A stretch of 64,000 bases of DNA from Fidelibacterota bacterium. GTDB lineage: Bacteria > Fidelibacterota > UBA8477 > JABMPR01. The DNA is taken from positions 115,183-179,182 of the forward strand of contig JAERTJ010000086.1 of NCBI GenBank assembly GCA_016844945.1, read 5' to 3'. The translations under genes were made by a program, and so were the position numbers. The notes beneath the pieces were generated by a model. The model searched no databases. It was not told the DNA's origin and saw only the letters and a program-made list of their open reading frames with translations. This document shows, one piece after another, positions 20,653 to 30,513 of this stretch (positions are counted from its first letter, which is position 1; each line of letters starts with the position of its first letter).

Positions 20653-21507
20653 TTAATTCTTGTTCGCTTGTCGAACTTGTCGCTCCATCTCCTTCCACTC
20701 TCCAGGTGACAAAACATCCAGAAAATTGAATTCCCCTGCACCTTTGAGCCATTCTCCTCCATCAATGGTAACAGTCTCTCCATTAATATATTGGGATTGA
20801 TCAGATACCAGAAATACAGCCAGATTTGCTAATTCAATATGATCACCAACCCTATTCAAAGGGATTCTCTCGATAAATTTTTCTTCTAGACCAGGTGGTA
20901 ATAACCTATTCCAGGCTCCTTCGGTTGGAAAAGGACCCGGTGCTATGGCATTCATGGTGATACCATACTTTGCCCATTCCACAGCCAGACTTCTGGTCAA
21001 GGTTTGAACCCCGGATTTTGCAATAGCAGACGGCACAACAAAACCTGACCCGGTGGAGGCATAGGTTGTCACAATATTAAGGACGCGGGCGATTTGTTGT
21101 TTCTGGATCCAGTGTTTACCAAAAGCCAACGTTGTGTTGTAAGAACCTTTTAGGACAATATCTGTAATGACATCGAAAGCTTTATGACTCAGTGCTTCAG
21201 TGGGGCTGACAAAATTTCCAGCAGCATTATTTAACAAAACATCGACTTGTCCAAAGGTATCTACGCATCTACCTAAGGCGTTCTCTACTTCCTTGTAATT
21301 GCGGACATCCAGCGCTATGGGCAGAACGTCTCCTCCCGTTTCAGAGATCAGTTCTCGGGCAGTATTTTCCAGCACATCAAGTTTACGGCTGGCAATCACC
21401 AAATTTGCTCCCAGCTCCAGGAAGCGTTTACCCATGGATCTCCCGAGTCCAGTACCTCCACCTGTAATAAATATTGTCTTTCCTTTGAGTAAATCTTTTT
21501 GGAACAT
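20653..21507 (-). CDS. SDR oxidoreductase, 2,4-dienoyl-CoA reductase-like
   Basis: TGGGTGLG, NNAAGNF, SAIAKSG, NAIAPGPFPT; start moved to MFQKDLL behind AAGGAG. Confidence 0.88.
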   Translation of the reverse strand: MFQKDLLKGKTIFITGGGTGLGRSMGKRFLELGANLVIASRKLDVLENTARELISETGGDVLPIALDVRNYKEVENALGRCVDTFGQVDVLLNNAAGNFVSPTEALSHKAFDVITDIVLKGSYNTTLAFGKHWIQKQQIARVLNIVTTYASTGSGFVVPSAIAKSGVQTLTRSLAVEWAKYGITMNAIAPGPFPTEGAWNRLLPPGLEEKFIERIPLNRVGDHIELANLAVFLVSDQSQYINGETVTIDGGEWLKGAGEFNFLDVLSPGEWKEMERQVRQANKN

Positions 21508-21605
21508 GGTGAAATCTCCTTTGACGTAACCTGTCTTGCCACTTGAGGTGAAACAAGAATTATTCACGGGAATCTATTGACATATGCTAATAGCAAGTTA
21601 AGTTG

Positions 21606-21627
21606 CTTTGTTTTTTAAAGTACTTTA
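21606..21627. promoter_or_regulatory. Putative operator palindrome
   Basis: CTTTG-N6-AAAG overlapping the perfect palindrome TAAAGTACTTTA (21616-21627). Confidence 0.45.
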
Positions 21628-21652
21628 TAACTCGACTGGAGTGTTTAAGATT

Positions 21653-22261
21653 ATGCACAAAGATATTGATCAACATGAAGCTAAAGAACAGCTCGACTTA
21701 ATCCGATCCATCATGGATGATGGACAGAAGGTTATTGCCGACAATGGCGAAGGTTTTATCGTCTGGGGTACCCTCATCCTTACCGCTGGCTTTGGTTCAG
21801 TCCTCCTCCACTACCTTAATCTGCAGTTCCTGCAGGGATGGACCTATGTACTTATGGTCAGCCTGGGCTGGATTTATATGTTTACCATCAACCGTTCACG
21901 GGAAAAGTGTGTGGTTGGGAATGCGTTCACCAGAAAAATTCTAAATTCTATCTGGACCTCCGTACTCCTGACCATGACAATCCTGGGATTTATTGGAGCA
22001 ATATCAGGTACCATCGACATACACCGCATTACTGCAGTTCTATATACCGTTGTGGGAATTGCTTATTTCATGCAAGGCATCATCAGTGGCAAGACCTGGG
22101 TCAGAAATCTTGGTTTTGGTTGGTGGGCAGGTTCAATCCCTCTGTTCTTTCTGACCGACATCGCTGCTGGAATTCTAGCTGCAGCCATGATGATTGGCTT
22201 ACAAATCATTCCTGGAATCATCTTTCATCGCCAATGGAAGGCGCAATTTGCACAGGATTAA
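21653..22261 (+). CDS. Multi-pass membrane protein
   Basis: About 6 hydrophobic helices; GGAG before ATG 21653. Confidence 0.75.
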   Translation: MHKDIDQHEAKEQLDLIRSIMDDGQKVIADNGEGFIVWGTLILTAGFGSVLLHYLNLQFLQGWTYVLMVSLGWIYMFTINRSREKCVVGNAFTRKILNSIWTSVLLTMTILGFIGAISGTIDIHRITAVLYTVVGIAYFMQGIISGKTWVRNLGFGWWAGSIPLFFLTDIAAGILAAAMMIGLQIIPGIIFHRQWKAQFAQD

Positions 22262-22263
22262 AC

Positions 22264-22575
22264 ATGAATGATTTTGACTATCAACAAATTGATGATTTGA
22301 TCCATTCCCGGATTCGGCTGGCTGTTATGGCAGCCCTGGCTTCCATGGGACCTGCCAGTTTTTCACTGATCAAAGAAAGTGTGGGAGCCACAGATGGAAA
22401 TCTGAGCGTTCACATCAGGAAGCTGGAAGATGCAGGGTATGTGAGTGTAGACAAATCTTTTATCAATCGTAAACCTGTGAGTATCTACAATCTCACTCCA
22501 GAAGGCAAAGCGGCACTTGCAACTTATGTTCAATATTTAGAAAACTTATTACCAATGAGCGACAAGAAGGTCTAA
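22264..22575 (+). CDS. Winged-helix transcriptional regulator (HTH_34/ArsR-like)
   Basis: IHSRIRLAVM, TDGNLSVHIRKLEDAGY; real start MNDF at 22264. Confidence 0.88.
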   Translation: MNDFDYQQIDDLIHSRIRLAVMAALASMGPASFSLIKESVGATDGNLSVHIRKLEDAGYVSVDKSFINRKPVSIYNLTPEGKAALATYVQYLENLLPMSDKKV

Positions 22576-22578
22576 CAA

Positions 22579-25035
22579 ATGAATAAATCTATTCTTACTC
22601 TTATTTTCCTTACACTATGTACACCTCTGCTTCAGGCTTCCCCTGGTGAAACTATTGAAGGCATGATCATTGATCGTGATACTCAACACCCACTCCCTGG
22701 CGCTAACGTCATTATTGAAGGAACCCATTTAGGTGCAGCTACTAATGTTGACGGGAGGTTTACAATCCAGAATGTCCCTGCCGGTAGTTATTCGGTAAAA
22801 GTCCACATGATAGGGTACAAATCACAAGCACGTGCCAACATCCACGCCCTCCTTAATCGCGCCACAACCCTTAACATGGCACTGGAACCAACCACGCTCT
22901 CTGGATCAGATGTGATTGTCACTGCAGGCTATTTCGAGAGTGTTAAGGATGCCGCCACCAGTGTTCGGAGTGTTGACTTTGAAGAGATTCGATCTGATCC
23001 CGTTGGAGCGTACGACATCCTGAGCATGATGCAATCACTCCCATCTGTTGTATCAGGAGCCGATCAGACCAATGAGATCATCGTACGAGGAGGATCACCT
23101 GGGGAGAACCTGTTTGTCATGGATCATCTGGATATTCCCTACCCCGTACATTATCCTGAACAGGGAGCCGGTGGTGGTCCGGTTACCATGGTGAACACTG
23201 ATTTTATTGAAAAAATAGATTTCTTTGCAGGTTCATTTCCAGCACGCTATGGGGATAAGCTTTCATCCGTCATGGATGTAAGTGTCCGAGAAGGAAGTCG
23301 TGAGAGTCGGGAAACAAAGGTGAGCTTTGATATGGCTGGATTTGGTGCCAGTTTTGAAGGACCTATTACACCAAACAGTTCCTATCTTTTTTCAATAAAA
23401 CGCTCATTTCTTGATTTTATCATTCAACAGAGCGGTCTCATGGCAATTCCCAAATACTGGACTTTCCAAGGAAAGGTTGCCTATGATTTGAGTCCTAAGG
23501 AAAAGATTTACCTCAATTATCTCGGTGGAATTGATGCCATTGATATTGTTGGTGAGGATAGTCCACAGCAACGCAATGCCGAAAATGTGGGTTACAAAAG
23601 CCAACAACACACCCTTGGGATCACTTATAAAAATCTATTCTCCAAGCAAGGTTATGTGCTTGCCTCATTGGCTCAGAATTTCGTAGAAATGGATATTGAT
23701 GCTTTCCGCGTAACAGATGAAGGGGAGCATGATTCATTTTACCGCGGGTTGAGCATCGAGAAGGAGCTCATTTTCAAAGCGGATATGGTTTATAAGTTTA
23801 CACCCTCCTTTGAATTCTCAGCAGGTGTAAAGACTATTCGAGCACCCAACACCTGGGACTATGCATGGCATAGCGATGAATTGAAGCTGTATGGATATTC
23901 CCATGACACAACTTTAGTCCCTGCACTTCCCATTTCAGTGGACGAATTTTATGCACATTATCTTGGGGATACGACTGCTATAGTTGTTCCGCTCAGAACC
24001 CTTGATACCATCGAGTCAGCAGACTCAAGTATTGCTCATACATATAACTCTGGTGGGATACATGCCCAAATTCGGTGGAAGGCAACCCAACTGACTGAAC
24101 TCACTCTAGGTGGACGTGCTGAGTACAACGCATATCTGGAGCGGTCTAATTTTTCACCTCGAATAAATCTCTCTCAACAATTGTTTCACAACGTCAAGAC
24201 CAACCTTGCCCTGGGACGTTACTTCCAGGCACCCTTCTATGCCCTGCTCATGGCTGAAGGAGACATAGGCAGGGAGTTGGATTTTTATTATGCGGATCAG
24301 GTCGCACTGGGTGTTGAATATCTGCCGCGGGAAGATGTGCGAATCACCCTGGAGGTGTTTAATAAATCTTTTCATGATATGCCCCGTCAGGAAGTCTTTT
24401 CAGATACAGCCAACAGAGACAGCCTGAGTCACTATGCCAATATTGGGGCGGGGCGCTCACGTGGTCTGGAATTTTTTGTTCAGAAGAAATTCTCGCATAA
24501 CTGGTATGGTTCCTTCAGCTATAGTCATTCTGTCTCTGAAGGTCTTGATCCAAGGTATGAAGAAGAAACTTACTACCCCTGGGATTATGATTATCGCGAT
24601 GTGGTCAGTCTGGTTGGTGGATACAAAATTAGATACATGGATTATGATTGGTATCAAAACTACAAAGAGACCCTATTCGCCTCCTTCACATCCTGGTTAC
24701 CCATAGCCCCATCTGATGAATATGAAATCAGTTTTCGATTCAGATATTCAGGCGGTAAACCTTTCACCCCAAAAATATATGATCACAATGTACGACGCTG
24801 GTACGTCAACACGGATGCTTATAATACTGAACGCATGGAGGAGTATATTCGATTTGATATCATGCTCCTGCAACGCTTCTATTATGAGAAAATGAACCTG
24901 GTTGCGTTCTGGGATATAATGAATGTCTTTAATCGAGATAACCCCTGGGATTATGTCTATAATGAGGATGGCACCAAGGATATTGCGCTGCAATTCAAGA
25001 CTTTTCCCATCGGTGGAGTGACACTGGAGTTTTAG
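22579..25035 (+). CDS. TonB-dependent receptor
   Basis: Signal peptide, carboxypeptidase-regulatory N-domain (LPGANV), plug (VRGGSPGEN, FPARYGDKLSSV), C-terminal LEF. Confidence 0.9.
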   Translation: MNKSILTLIFLTLCTPLLQASPGETIEGMIIDRDTQHPLPGANVIIEGTHLGAATNVDGRFTIQNVPAGSYSVKVHMIGYKSQARANIHALLNRATTLNMALEPTTLSGSDVIVTAGYFESVKDAATSVRSVDFEEIRSDPVGAYDILSMMQSLPSVVSGADQTNEIIVRGGSPGENLFVMDHLDIPYPVHYPEQGAGGGPVTMVNTDFIEKIDFFAGSFPARYGDKLSSVMDVSVREGSRESRETKVSFDMAGFGASFEGPITPNSSYLFSIKRSFLDFIIQQSGLMAIPKYWTFQGKVAYDLSPKEKIYLNYLGGIDAIDIVGEDSPQQRNAENVGYKSQQHTLGITYKNLFSKQGYVLASLAQNFVEMDIDAFRVTDEGEHDSFYRGLSIEKELIFKADMVYKFTPSFEFSAGVKTIRAPNTWDYAWHSDELKLYGYSHDTTLVPALPISVDEFYAHYLGDTTAIVVPLRTLDTIESADSSIAHTYNSGGIHAQIRWKATQLTELTLGGRAEYNAYLERSNFSPRINLSQQLFHNVKTNLALGRYFQAPFYALLMAEGDIGRELDFYYADQVALGVEYLPREDVRITLEVFNKSFHDMPRQEVFSDTANRDSLSHYANIGAGRSRGLEFFVQKKFSHNWYGSFSYSHSVSEGLDPRYEEETYYPWDYDYRDVVSLVGGYKIRYMDYDWYQNYKETLFASFTSWLPIAPSDEYEISFRFRYSGGKPFTPKIYDHNVRRWYVNTDAYNTERMEEYIRFDIMLLQRFYYEKMNLVAFWDIMNVFNRDNPWDYVYNEDGTKDIALQFKTFPIGGVTLEF

Positions 25036-25084
25036 TAAGAAGATTAAAAGCCACTGATTTTGCTTTAGGGAGATGCTTTTTAGC

Positions 25085-25112
25085 CACGGATCCTCACAGA
25101 TAAAACACGGAT
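25085..25112 (+). repeat. Three CACRGAT direct repeats
   Basis: CACGGAT, CACAGAT, CACGGAT at 10 and 11 bp spacing. Confidence 0.5.
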
Positions 25113-25136
25113 TGAACTAGCTTCGGTTCCCTACTA

Positions 25137-25169
25137 AACCTTACGAAGGTTTAAAACCTTCGTAAGGTT
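25137..25169. repeat. Nested palindromic REP-like element
   Basis: AACCTTACGAAGGTTT-A-AAACCTTCGTAAGGTT, perfect 16-bp arms, each arm itself a hairpin. Confidence 0.8.
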
Positions 25170-25241
25170 CTTACACATATTTCAATTCAATAAAAAAATA
25201 GCATACAATATTTTTTGCATTCAGGCGTCTGTAAGGGTAAG

Positions 25242-25823
25242 ATGCAAAATGCCATTTCCATATCGACACCAACAAAAATGAAAGTTCGTAATCATAAGAT
25301 TGCCGCCATTGTAGCTGAAGCCCGAAGCTGGCTCCTGGAGTCTGTGCGATCCCGAGTACCAAGGTTTGAAGATGCTGAAGATATTGTTCAGGATGTCCTT
25401 CATCAATTCACAGGCACCTATGATCAGATTCGCAACCTTGAAGCAAGCTCAGCCTGGTTGTATCGGGCTGCCAGCAACCGGATAAGCGACTTCTATCGTA
25501 AGCGGTCTAGAACCATTGAGGGCACAAACCGGGATGCTGTGAGACCATCAGGAGACGAAGACAACCTTCTTGACAATATCCTGGCTGATACGGAATCAAC
25601 ACCAGAGCGACAGTTTGATCTGGAAGAATTGGAGCAACGACTAGAATCTGCCATAGATTCTCTACCTGTAGCACAGCAGGAAGTGTTTATCTGGCATGAA
25701 ATAGAAGGTCTCAGTTTCAAAGATATCTCAACCCTGACGGGTGACTCTGTGAACACTCTACTTTCCAGGAAAAGATATGCTGTAATGGCTTTGCGAAAAA
25801 AACTACAAGACTTGAACATATAA
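25242..25823 (+). CDS. ECF RNA polymerase sigma factor
   Basis: DAEDIVQDV, AWLYRAASNRISDFYR, EGLSFKDIS...VNTLLSRKRYA; start could be 25278. Confidence 0.9.
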   Translation: MQNAISISTPTKMKVRNHKIAAIVAEARSWLLESVRSRVPRFEDAEDIVQDVLHQFTGTYDQIRNLEASSAWLYRAASNRISDFYRKRSRTIEGTNRDAVRPSGDEDNLLDNILADTESTPERQFDLEELEQRLESAIDSLPVAQQEVFIWHEIEGLSFKDISTLTGDSVNTLLSRKRYAVMALRKKLQDLNI

Positions 25824-25839
25824 TTGAAAGGAATAAGAC

Positions 25840-26154
25840 ATGTGTAAACCAAAACCAGGAAAAATCATTGGAATTGGACTCTTTGTCATTGTTGCAATTT
25901 TTGGATTTGCCGCTGTCACCATGCTCCTATGGAACTGGTTGATCCCAACATTGTTTAGTGGTCCAGTGATCACATATTGGCAGGCCATGGGTCTACTGGT
26001 TCTCTCAAAACTGCTATTTTCTGGTGGCTCAAGAGGTCATAGATCGCATCATCACAAATCACCTCATGGCTGGAAATCACACCTTAGGGAACGCGTTGAA
26101 GTAGATACAGCCCCACAGAAGCGTAGTGATAATGGTGAAGAACTGAATCAATAA
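25840..26154 (+). CDS. Small membrane protein with His-rich tail (possible anti-sigma partner)
   Basis: LLWNWLIPTLF...ITYWQAMGLLVLSKLLF; GHRSHHHKSPH. Confidence 0.75.
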   Translation: MCKPKPGKIIGIGLFVIVAIFGFAAVTMLLWNWLIPTLFSGPVITYWQAMGLLVLSKLLFSGGSRGHRSHHHKSPHGWKSHLRERVEVDTAPQKRSDNGEELNQ

Positions 26155-26166
26155 GGGATATTATTT

Positions 26167-26610
26167 ATGAATAAATTGAAATTACATAAACGTACGGGAA
26201 TTGCCATTCTGATTATTGCAGGTATGCTGGGTATCATGGCTTGTGGTTCCCACCACGGACATCATGGCAAGCATGGGGAGCGATTTTTAAAGAAGGCGAC
26301 CCGAAAACTGGATTTGACCGTAGAACAAAGTGCCCTTCTACAACAGGTCGTTAAAACAGCAGAAGATTTTAAAGGAGAGTTCAATACAGAACATGAAAAT
26401 TTGAGCGAACCTTTTAAAACCAACCTGTCACAACCAGAGCTAAATCTTGACCAATTGAATCAACATTTTGAAGACCTGGAATCAAAGCTCCATGCATTCC
26501 GAAAAGATATTCTGGGAAAGTACGCTGAATTTCATTCAAGTCTTGATCAGGATCAACGTACAAGAATTGTTGGGATGCTCGAAAAAATGGAAAAACGCCA
26601 TAAGCAATAG
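26167..26610 (+). CDS. Spy/CpxP/heavy-metal-binding-like periplasmic lipoprotein
   Basis: Lipobox IMAC, LDLTVEQ and LDQDQR motifs, His-rich N-terminus. Confidence 0.75.
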   Translation: MNKLKLHKRTGIAILIIAGMLGIMACGSHHGHHGKHGERFLKKATRKLDLTVEQSALLQQVVKTAEDFKGEFNTEHENLSEPFKTNLSQPELNLDQLNQHFEDLESKLHAFRKDILGKYAEFHSSLDQDQRTRIVGMLEKMEKRHKQ

Positions 26611-26628
26611 TTCGTACGGGTTTAGCAC

Positions 26629-26659
26629 AAAAAAAAGACCGGTTGCCCGGTCTTTTTTT
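26629..26659. terminator. Bidirectional intrinsic terminator
   Basis: A8-GACCGG-TTGC-CCGGTC-T7. Confidence 0.88.
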
Positions 26660-26680
26660 ATATGTTCAGTATGTGATGAC

Positions 26681-28324
26681 TCACTTGTAGTATTCGTCCA
26701 AATAATCCTGAACCATTCTGGTGCCTGTATACTGGACACCGGTTTTAATGGATTCGCGGATCATATTGAGCCACTTGGTCTGGTCATCATAGTAAGTCGG
26801 GATAACTTGTTCTTCCAGCAAGCGGTAAAGATGATCTGCATCAGCTGCATCATTGGCATTTTCTGCATCACCGATTGCCCAGCCATTCACGCCATCTTCA
26901 CAAGCTTCTGCCCACCACCCATCCAGAATGGATAAGTTAGGGACACCGTTTAGAGTGGCTTTCATACCAGAAGTCCCAGATGCCTCATTGGGTCGAAGCG
27001 GTGTATTGAGCCAAACATCTACACCTGCGGTGATCAGATTTCCCAACCACATGTTATAATTTTCAAGGAAGATGATCTTGACGTCTCCAAGTAATTCCTT
27101 CGCCTGAAGTACGATGTCTCGGAGTATCTCCTTACCGTGATCATCTCTTGGGTGCGCTTTTCCTGCAAAAACAAACTGAACCTTGCCTTTTGCTATTTTG
27201 ACTAAGCGTTCCTTGTCATGGAAGATCAGGCGTGCGCGCTTGTACTCGGCAGCTCGCCTGGCAAACCCGATGGTCAGGGTTTTATTTGTAAGTGCACGTT
27301 GAGACTGAGAATTTGCATAGTCCAGAAGGAATTTTTTCTGTCCACGTTTAGCAAATAGCAACTCTTCATCAGGCACAGAGTCAACTTCCAGTAATCTTTG
27401 AGGATTTTCACGCCAACCAGGTAAGTTCCGATCAAAGACTTCTCTAAAAATCTTGCCCACCCAATAACGGTGGAATACACCGTTGGTCACATGACCTATT
27501 TTAAATTTTGGGAACTGCTCACGAGCGACTACACCGTGGAGATCAGACACGCCATTAGCGCTACGACTGAAGTAAAGACCCAATTCGGTCATATGAACCC
27601 GTCCATTCAGCACCATGGAGGGTAGATTTAATCCAGAAGGCAGCAAATCACCGATGAGACGCTTGACTCTATCCACAGCAAAATGATCATGACCAGCAGG
27701 AACAGGCGTGTGAGTGGTAAAATGGCAACGTTTCCGTACTTTATCTTCATCTCCTCCAAACTCACTTAACAATTCGAGAGTCAGAAATGAACAATGACCT
27801 TCATTCATATGATAGGTAGAAAAATCTTTGTATCCCAGCTTACGCAAGGCACGTACACCTGCAAAACCCAGAACAGCTTCCTGAAGGATACGATGGTCTT
27901 TGCCACCAGAATAAAGCCTCAGGGTTATATTCCGGTCATCAGAGTGATTCAGGTCTACATCTGTGTCCAGCAACAAGATGTCAATGGGTGTGCCTTTAAT
28001 ACCCTCAAAGGTGTATTTCCAGACCTGTACATGTACTTCACGTCCCCGCAATGTGAGGGTGATAGTTCCATCCAGCTTTTCCAGAAGGGGATCAGGTTCA
28101 AACCGAGGATAATTTTCAGTTTGATTCCCATCCTCATCCATTCTTTGTTTGAAATATCCCTCTTTGTACATCAGGGTCACTGCGACCATGTTTACATCGA
28201 GATCTGCGGCAGCCTTGATATGGTCACCTGCTAATATTCCAAGTCCCCCACTATATGTGTGCAGACTGGGTGAAATTCCAATTTCTGCACTGAAATAGGC
28301 TACAGTGGCTTGATCGTTTGACAT
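26681..28324 (-). CDS. glgP: Alpha-glucan (glycogen/maltodextrin) phosphorylase, short form
   Basis: YSGGLGILAGD, HMNEGH, FARRAAEYKR, EASGTSGMKA PLP site. Confidence 0.93.
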   Translation of the reverse strand: MSNDQATVAYFSAEIGISPSLHTYSGGLGILAGDHIKAAADLDVNMVAVTLMYKEGYFKQRMDEDGNQTENYPRFEPDPLLEKLDGTITLTLRGREVHVQVWKYTFEGIKGTPIDILLLDTDVDLNHSDDRNITLRLYSGGKDHRILQEAVLGFAGVRALRKLGYKDFSTYHMNEGHCSFLTLELLSEFGGDEDKVRKRCHFTTHTPVPAGHDHFAVDRVKRLIGDLLPSGLNLPSMVLNGRVHMTELGLYFSRSANGVSDLHGVVAREQFPKFKIGHVTNGVFHRYWVGKIFREVFDRNLPGWRENPQRLLEVDSVPDEELLFAKRGQKKFLLDYANSQSQRALTNKTLTIGFARRAAEYKRARLIFHDKERLVKIAKGKVQFVFAGKAHPRDDHGKEILRDIVLQAKELLGDVKIIFLENYNMWLGNLITAGVDVWLNTPLRPNEASGTSGMKATLNGVPNLSILDGWWAEACEDGVNGWAIGDAENANDAADADHLYRLLEEQVIPTYYDDQTKWLNMIRESIKTGVQYTGTRMVQDYLDEYYK

Positions 28325-28337
28325 TTATTCCTCGTAT

Positions 28338-30410
28338 TTAAGATTTGAATTTAGTGATGCTCAGAAGGATATCGATTTCGAATGATTCCCCTGGGTTAAG
28401 ATTTAACTGCCAGTGTGGCAATAAAGCTGATGCTTGATAGACGCGTTCGAATCCTGCTTCAGACATTGAAATGGTCTCAATGGGTGAGCGCCATAACTGG
28501 CTACTCTCTGAGAACTGAAGATTGATTTTAAAGTTATCCCACTCATTGACCAAGCTCACGTCCTCAATATCCGGGTCATCACCCTGGGAATTAAGGCTGC
28601 CGCTGTTCACGCCATTCAGTAGATAGTATCGGTCAGGTGAATTACCACCTAACAAGCCAAAATTGAATTCCAGTCCATAGCTTTGATTTACCGTTGATTC
28701 GCCGGCGTTTTCAACACTCACTTTTATTGCTAATTGATTGTCATGCAATTCAACGGTTTTATGAATATTCAATGTGGCAGATTCGCTGACAGCCTGACTT
28801 TGGATAGACACACCTGCTTCGTCTTGAGCCACACGGCTTGATTTGCTTGTAAAATTTTCTTCCAGGGTACCTCGATAGTGAGCATCCTGGGTTTGATCTG
28901 CTGAGAAAATGTGATCTATGAGACCATGACGTCTATATTGATCAACAAATAACTTATCCTGAAGTCCATCTTCTTTGGTTAAGACGATATCATGAATGGA
29001 TCCACCGGAAGCCTGGTTCTGGCTGGCATGAGCAAGCTTTTCGTGGTAGTGTTCGGAGTAACGCTGGACGTAATTTGTAACATTAAAATTTGAGGGTAGC
29101 CAGTCAATTTCTCGGATATGCCCCTGATCGGCAGATAGAAATACCTGCACATTATTACTCCTAAGCCTGTACTCACTTATCCCATCGCTATCCAGATCAG
29201 TCAGACCAGGAAAAACACCACCTGCTTCTACAAATGCTTCTTCAGCTTTGAGGAGGTGCTCATAGATTGCGTGTCTCAAATGAGGTAGATAGAGTCCACC
29301 AAATACGCCATGCCAATATGCACAATTGCACTGGGCTCTATACAAGTCGTCTCGAAGCGACTCAGGTATTCCACCTTTGCTCTCGAGTTGATGGAGATTT
29401 ATGGAGAGAAATTGTACACGCTTCTGCATCCAATTGGATTCTGGATACTTGGTAAAAAAGTTGCGCCACATCCCGCCTTTGATAAAGGGGCGACTTTGCT
29501 CTCCTTTTCCCTGTGAATTTAGATCGTGGACCAGGTGATCCATCTGTCGTCCCAGATTCGTAGGAAGTGTCCACTGGGACATTTCAAAATATGAAGAAGT
29601 GGGGAGATAGACCAGGTCTCTGGGAGCGTGACTCTCATGATATTGCTTAAATGTCGTGGTGCTCAACCAGTCCTGGTTCTCAGTTAATAGTGTAAAAAAT
29701 CTTTCCAGCCATTTTTGGCCGTATACAGTTTCCCAGGTTCCTGGCCAGATTCCAAACTTTTCACCATCATCAGCCATGACAATCAGGTTGTCAGCAGAAT
29801 CAGTTGCATAACTTCTGAGGATATCTATGGCTTGTTGTGGGTCCTCAAAGGGCATGGCATAGCGCATTTTCTGAGATATGGGAAAAACGCTAAGAACTTT
29901 ACCTTCCTGCTCAGTGTTGTAATATCCTCCCAAATCATTGGGGTCGACACCTGATGTGAGGAAGTGATAATCATCAACAACCATATAGTCTATATCAGAT
30001 TTACTGAGGCTCTGTGCCAGATGGGGTTCCCAAACACGCTCAGTGAGCCAGTTCCCCTTGACTTCATACCCCAAACGATCCTTTGCCCAGGCATTCATTT
30101 TCTGAATTTGCCCGACACGATCTGCCTCAGGAATCATGGCAAGAATGGGTTCATAGAACCCACCACCAATGACCTCAATATTGCCTCTTTCAACCAGTTT
30201 CTTAAACAGGTCAAGGACATCAGGTCGATGGATTTCCAGCCATTCAATCAAAGATCCACTAAAGTGAAATGCCATGCTGATATGAGGAAACTTGTCTAAT
30301 ACCTGAAGAAATGGTAAATAGGACTTGTCACATGCATGATGAAAGACATCATCAAAATTGCCAACAGGCTGGTGGTTATGAATTCCAAAAATGAACTGGA
30401 CTTTTTTCAT
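28338..30410 (-). CDS. GH57 4-alpha-glucanotransferase/alpha-amylase
   Basis: HNHQPVGN, WLTERVWEP, DDGEKFGIWP, QCNCAYWHGVFGGLYLPHLR. Confidence 0.9.
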   Translation of the reverse strand: MKKVQFIFGIHNHQPVGNFDDVFHHACDKSYLPFLQVLDKFPHISMAFHFSGSLIEWLEIHRPDVLDLFKKLVERGNIEVIGGGFYEPILAMIPEADRVGQIQKMNAWAKDRLGYEVKGNWLTERVWEPHLAQSLSKSDIDYMVVDDYHFLTSGVDPNDLGGYYNTEQEGKVLSVFPISQKMRYAMPFEDPQQAIDILRSYATDSADNLIVMADDGEKFGIWPGTWETVYGQKWLERFFTLLTENQDWLSTTTFKQYHESHAPRDLVYLPTSSYFEMSQWTLPTNLGRQMDHLVHDLNSQGKGEQSRPFIKGGMWRNFFTKYPESNWMQKRVQFLSINLHQLESKGGIPESLRDDLYRAQCNCAYWHGVFGGLYLPHLRHAIYEHLLKAEEAFVEAGGVFPGLTDLDSDGISEYRLRSNNVQVFLSADQGHIREIDWLPSNFNVTNYVQRYSEHYHEKLAHASQNQASGGSIHDIVLTKEDGLQDKLFVDQYRRHGLIDHIFSADQTQDAHYRGTLEENFTSKSSRVAQDEAGVSIQSQAVSESATLNIHKTVELHDNQLAIKVSVENAGESTVNQSYGLEFNFGLLGGNSPDRYYLLNGVNSGSLNSQGDDPDIEDVSLVNEWDNFKINLQFSESSQLWRSPIETISMSEAGFERVYQASALLPHWQLNLNPGESFEIDILLSITKFKS

Positions 30411-30464
30411 TATTCGAGGTTCCGGATTATGCACGGGTTTAAACGTAAAGTTCTAATAGACAAC

Positions 30465-30492
30465 AGAGCCGACTGCATTCACAGCCGGCTCT
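30465..30492 (-). terminator. Stem-loop after gap (weak terminator or stabiliser)
   Basis: AGAGCCGACTG...CAGCCGGCTCT with only a weak U tract. Confidence 0.5.
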
Positions 30493-30513
30493 ATTTATCA
30501 ACAAAGGGTTATT

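Noticed and set aside
21838-22263. N-terminal 142 aa of ORF 21838-22575
   Set aside because: Overlaps the membrane-protein gene in another frame; the regulator domain starts at 22264
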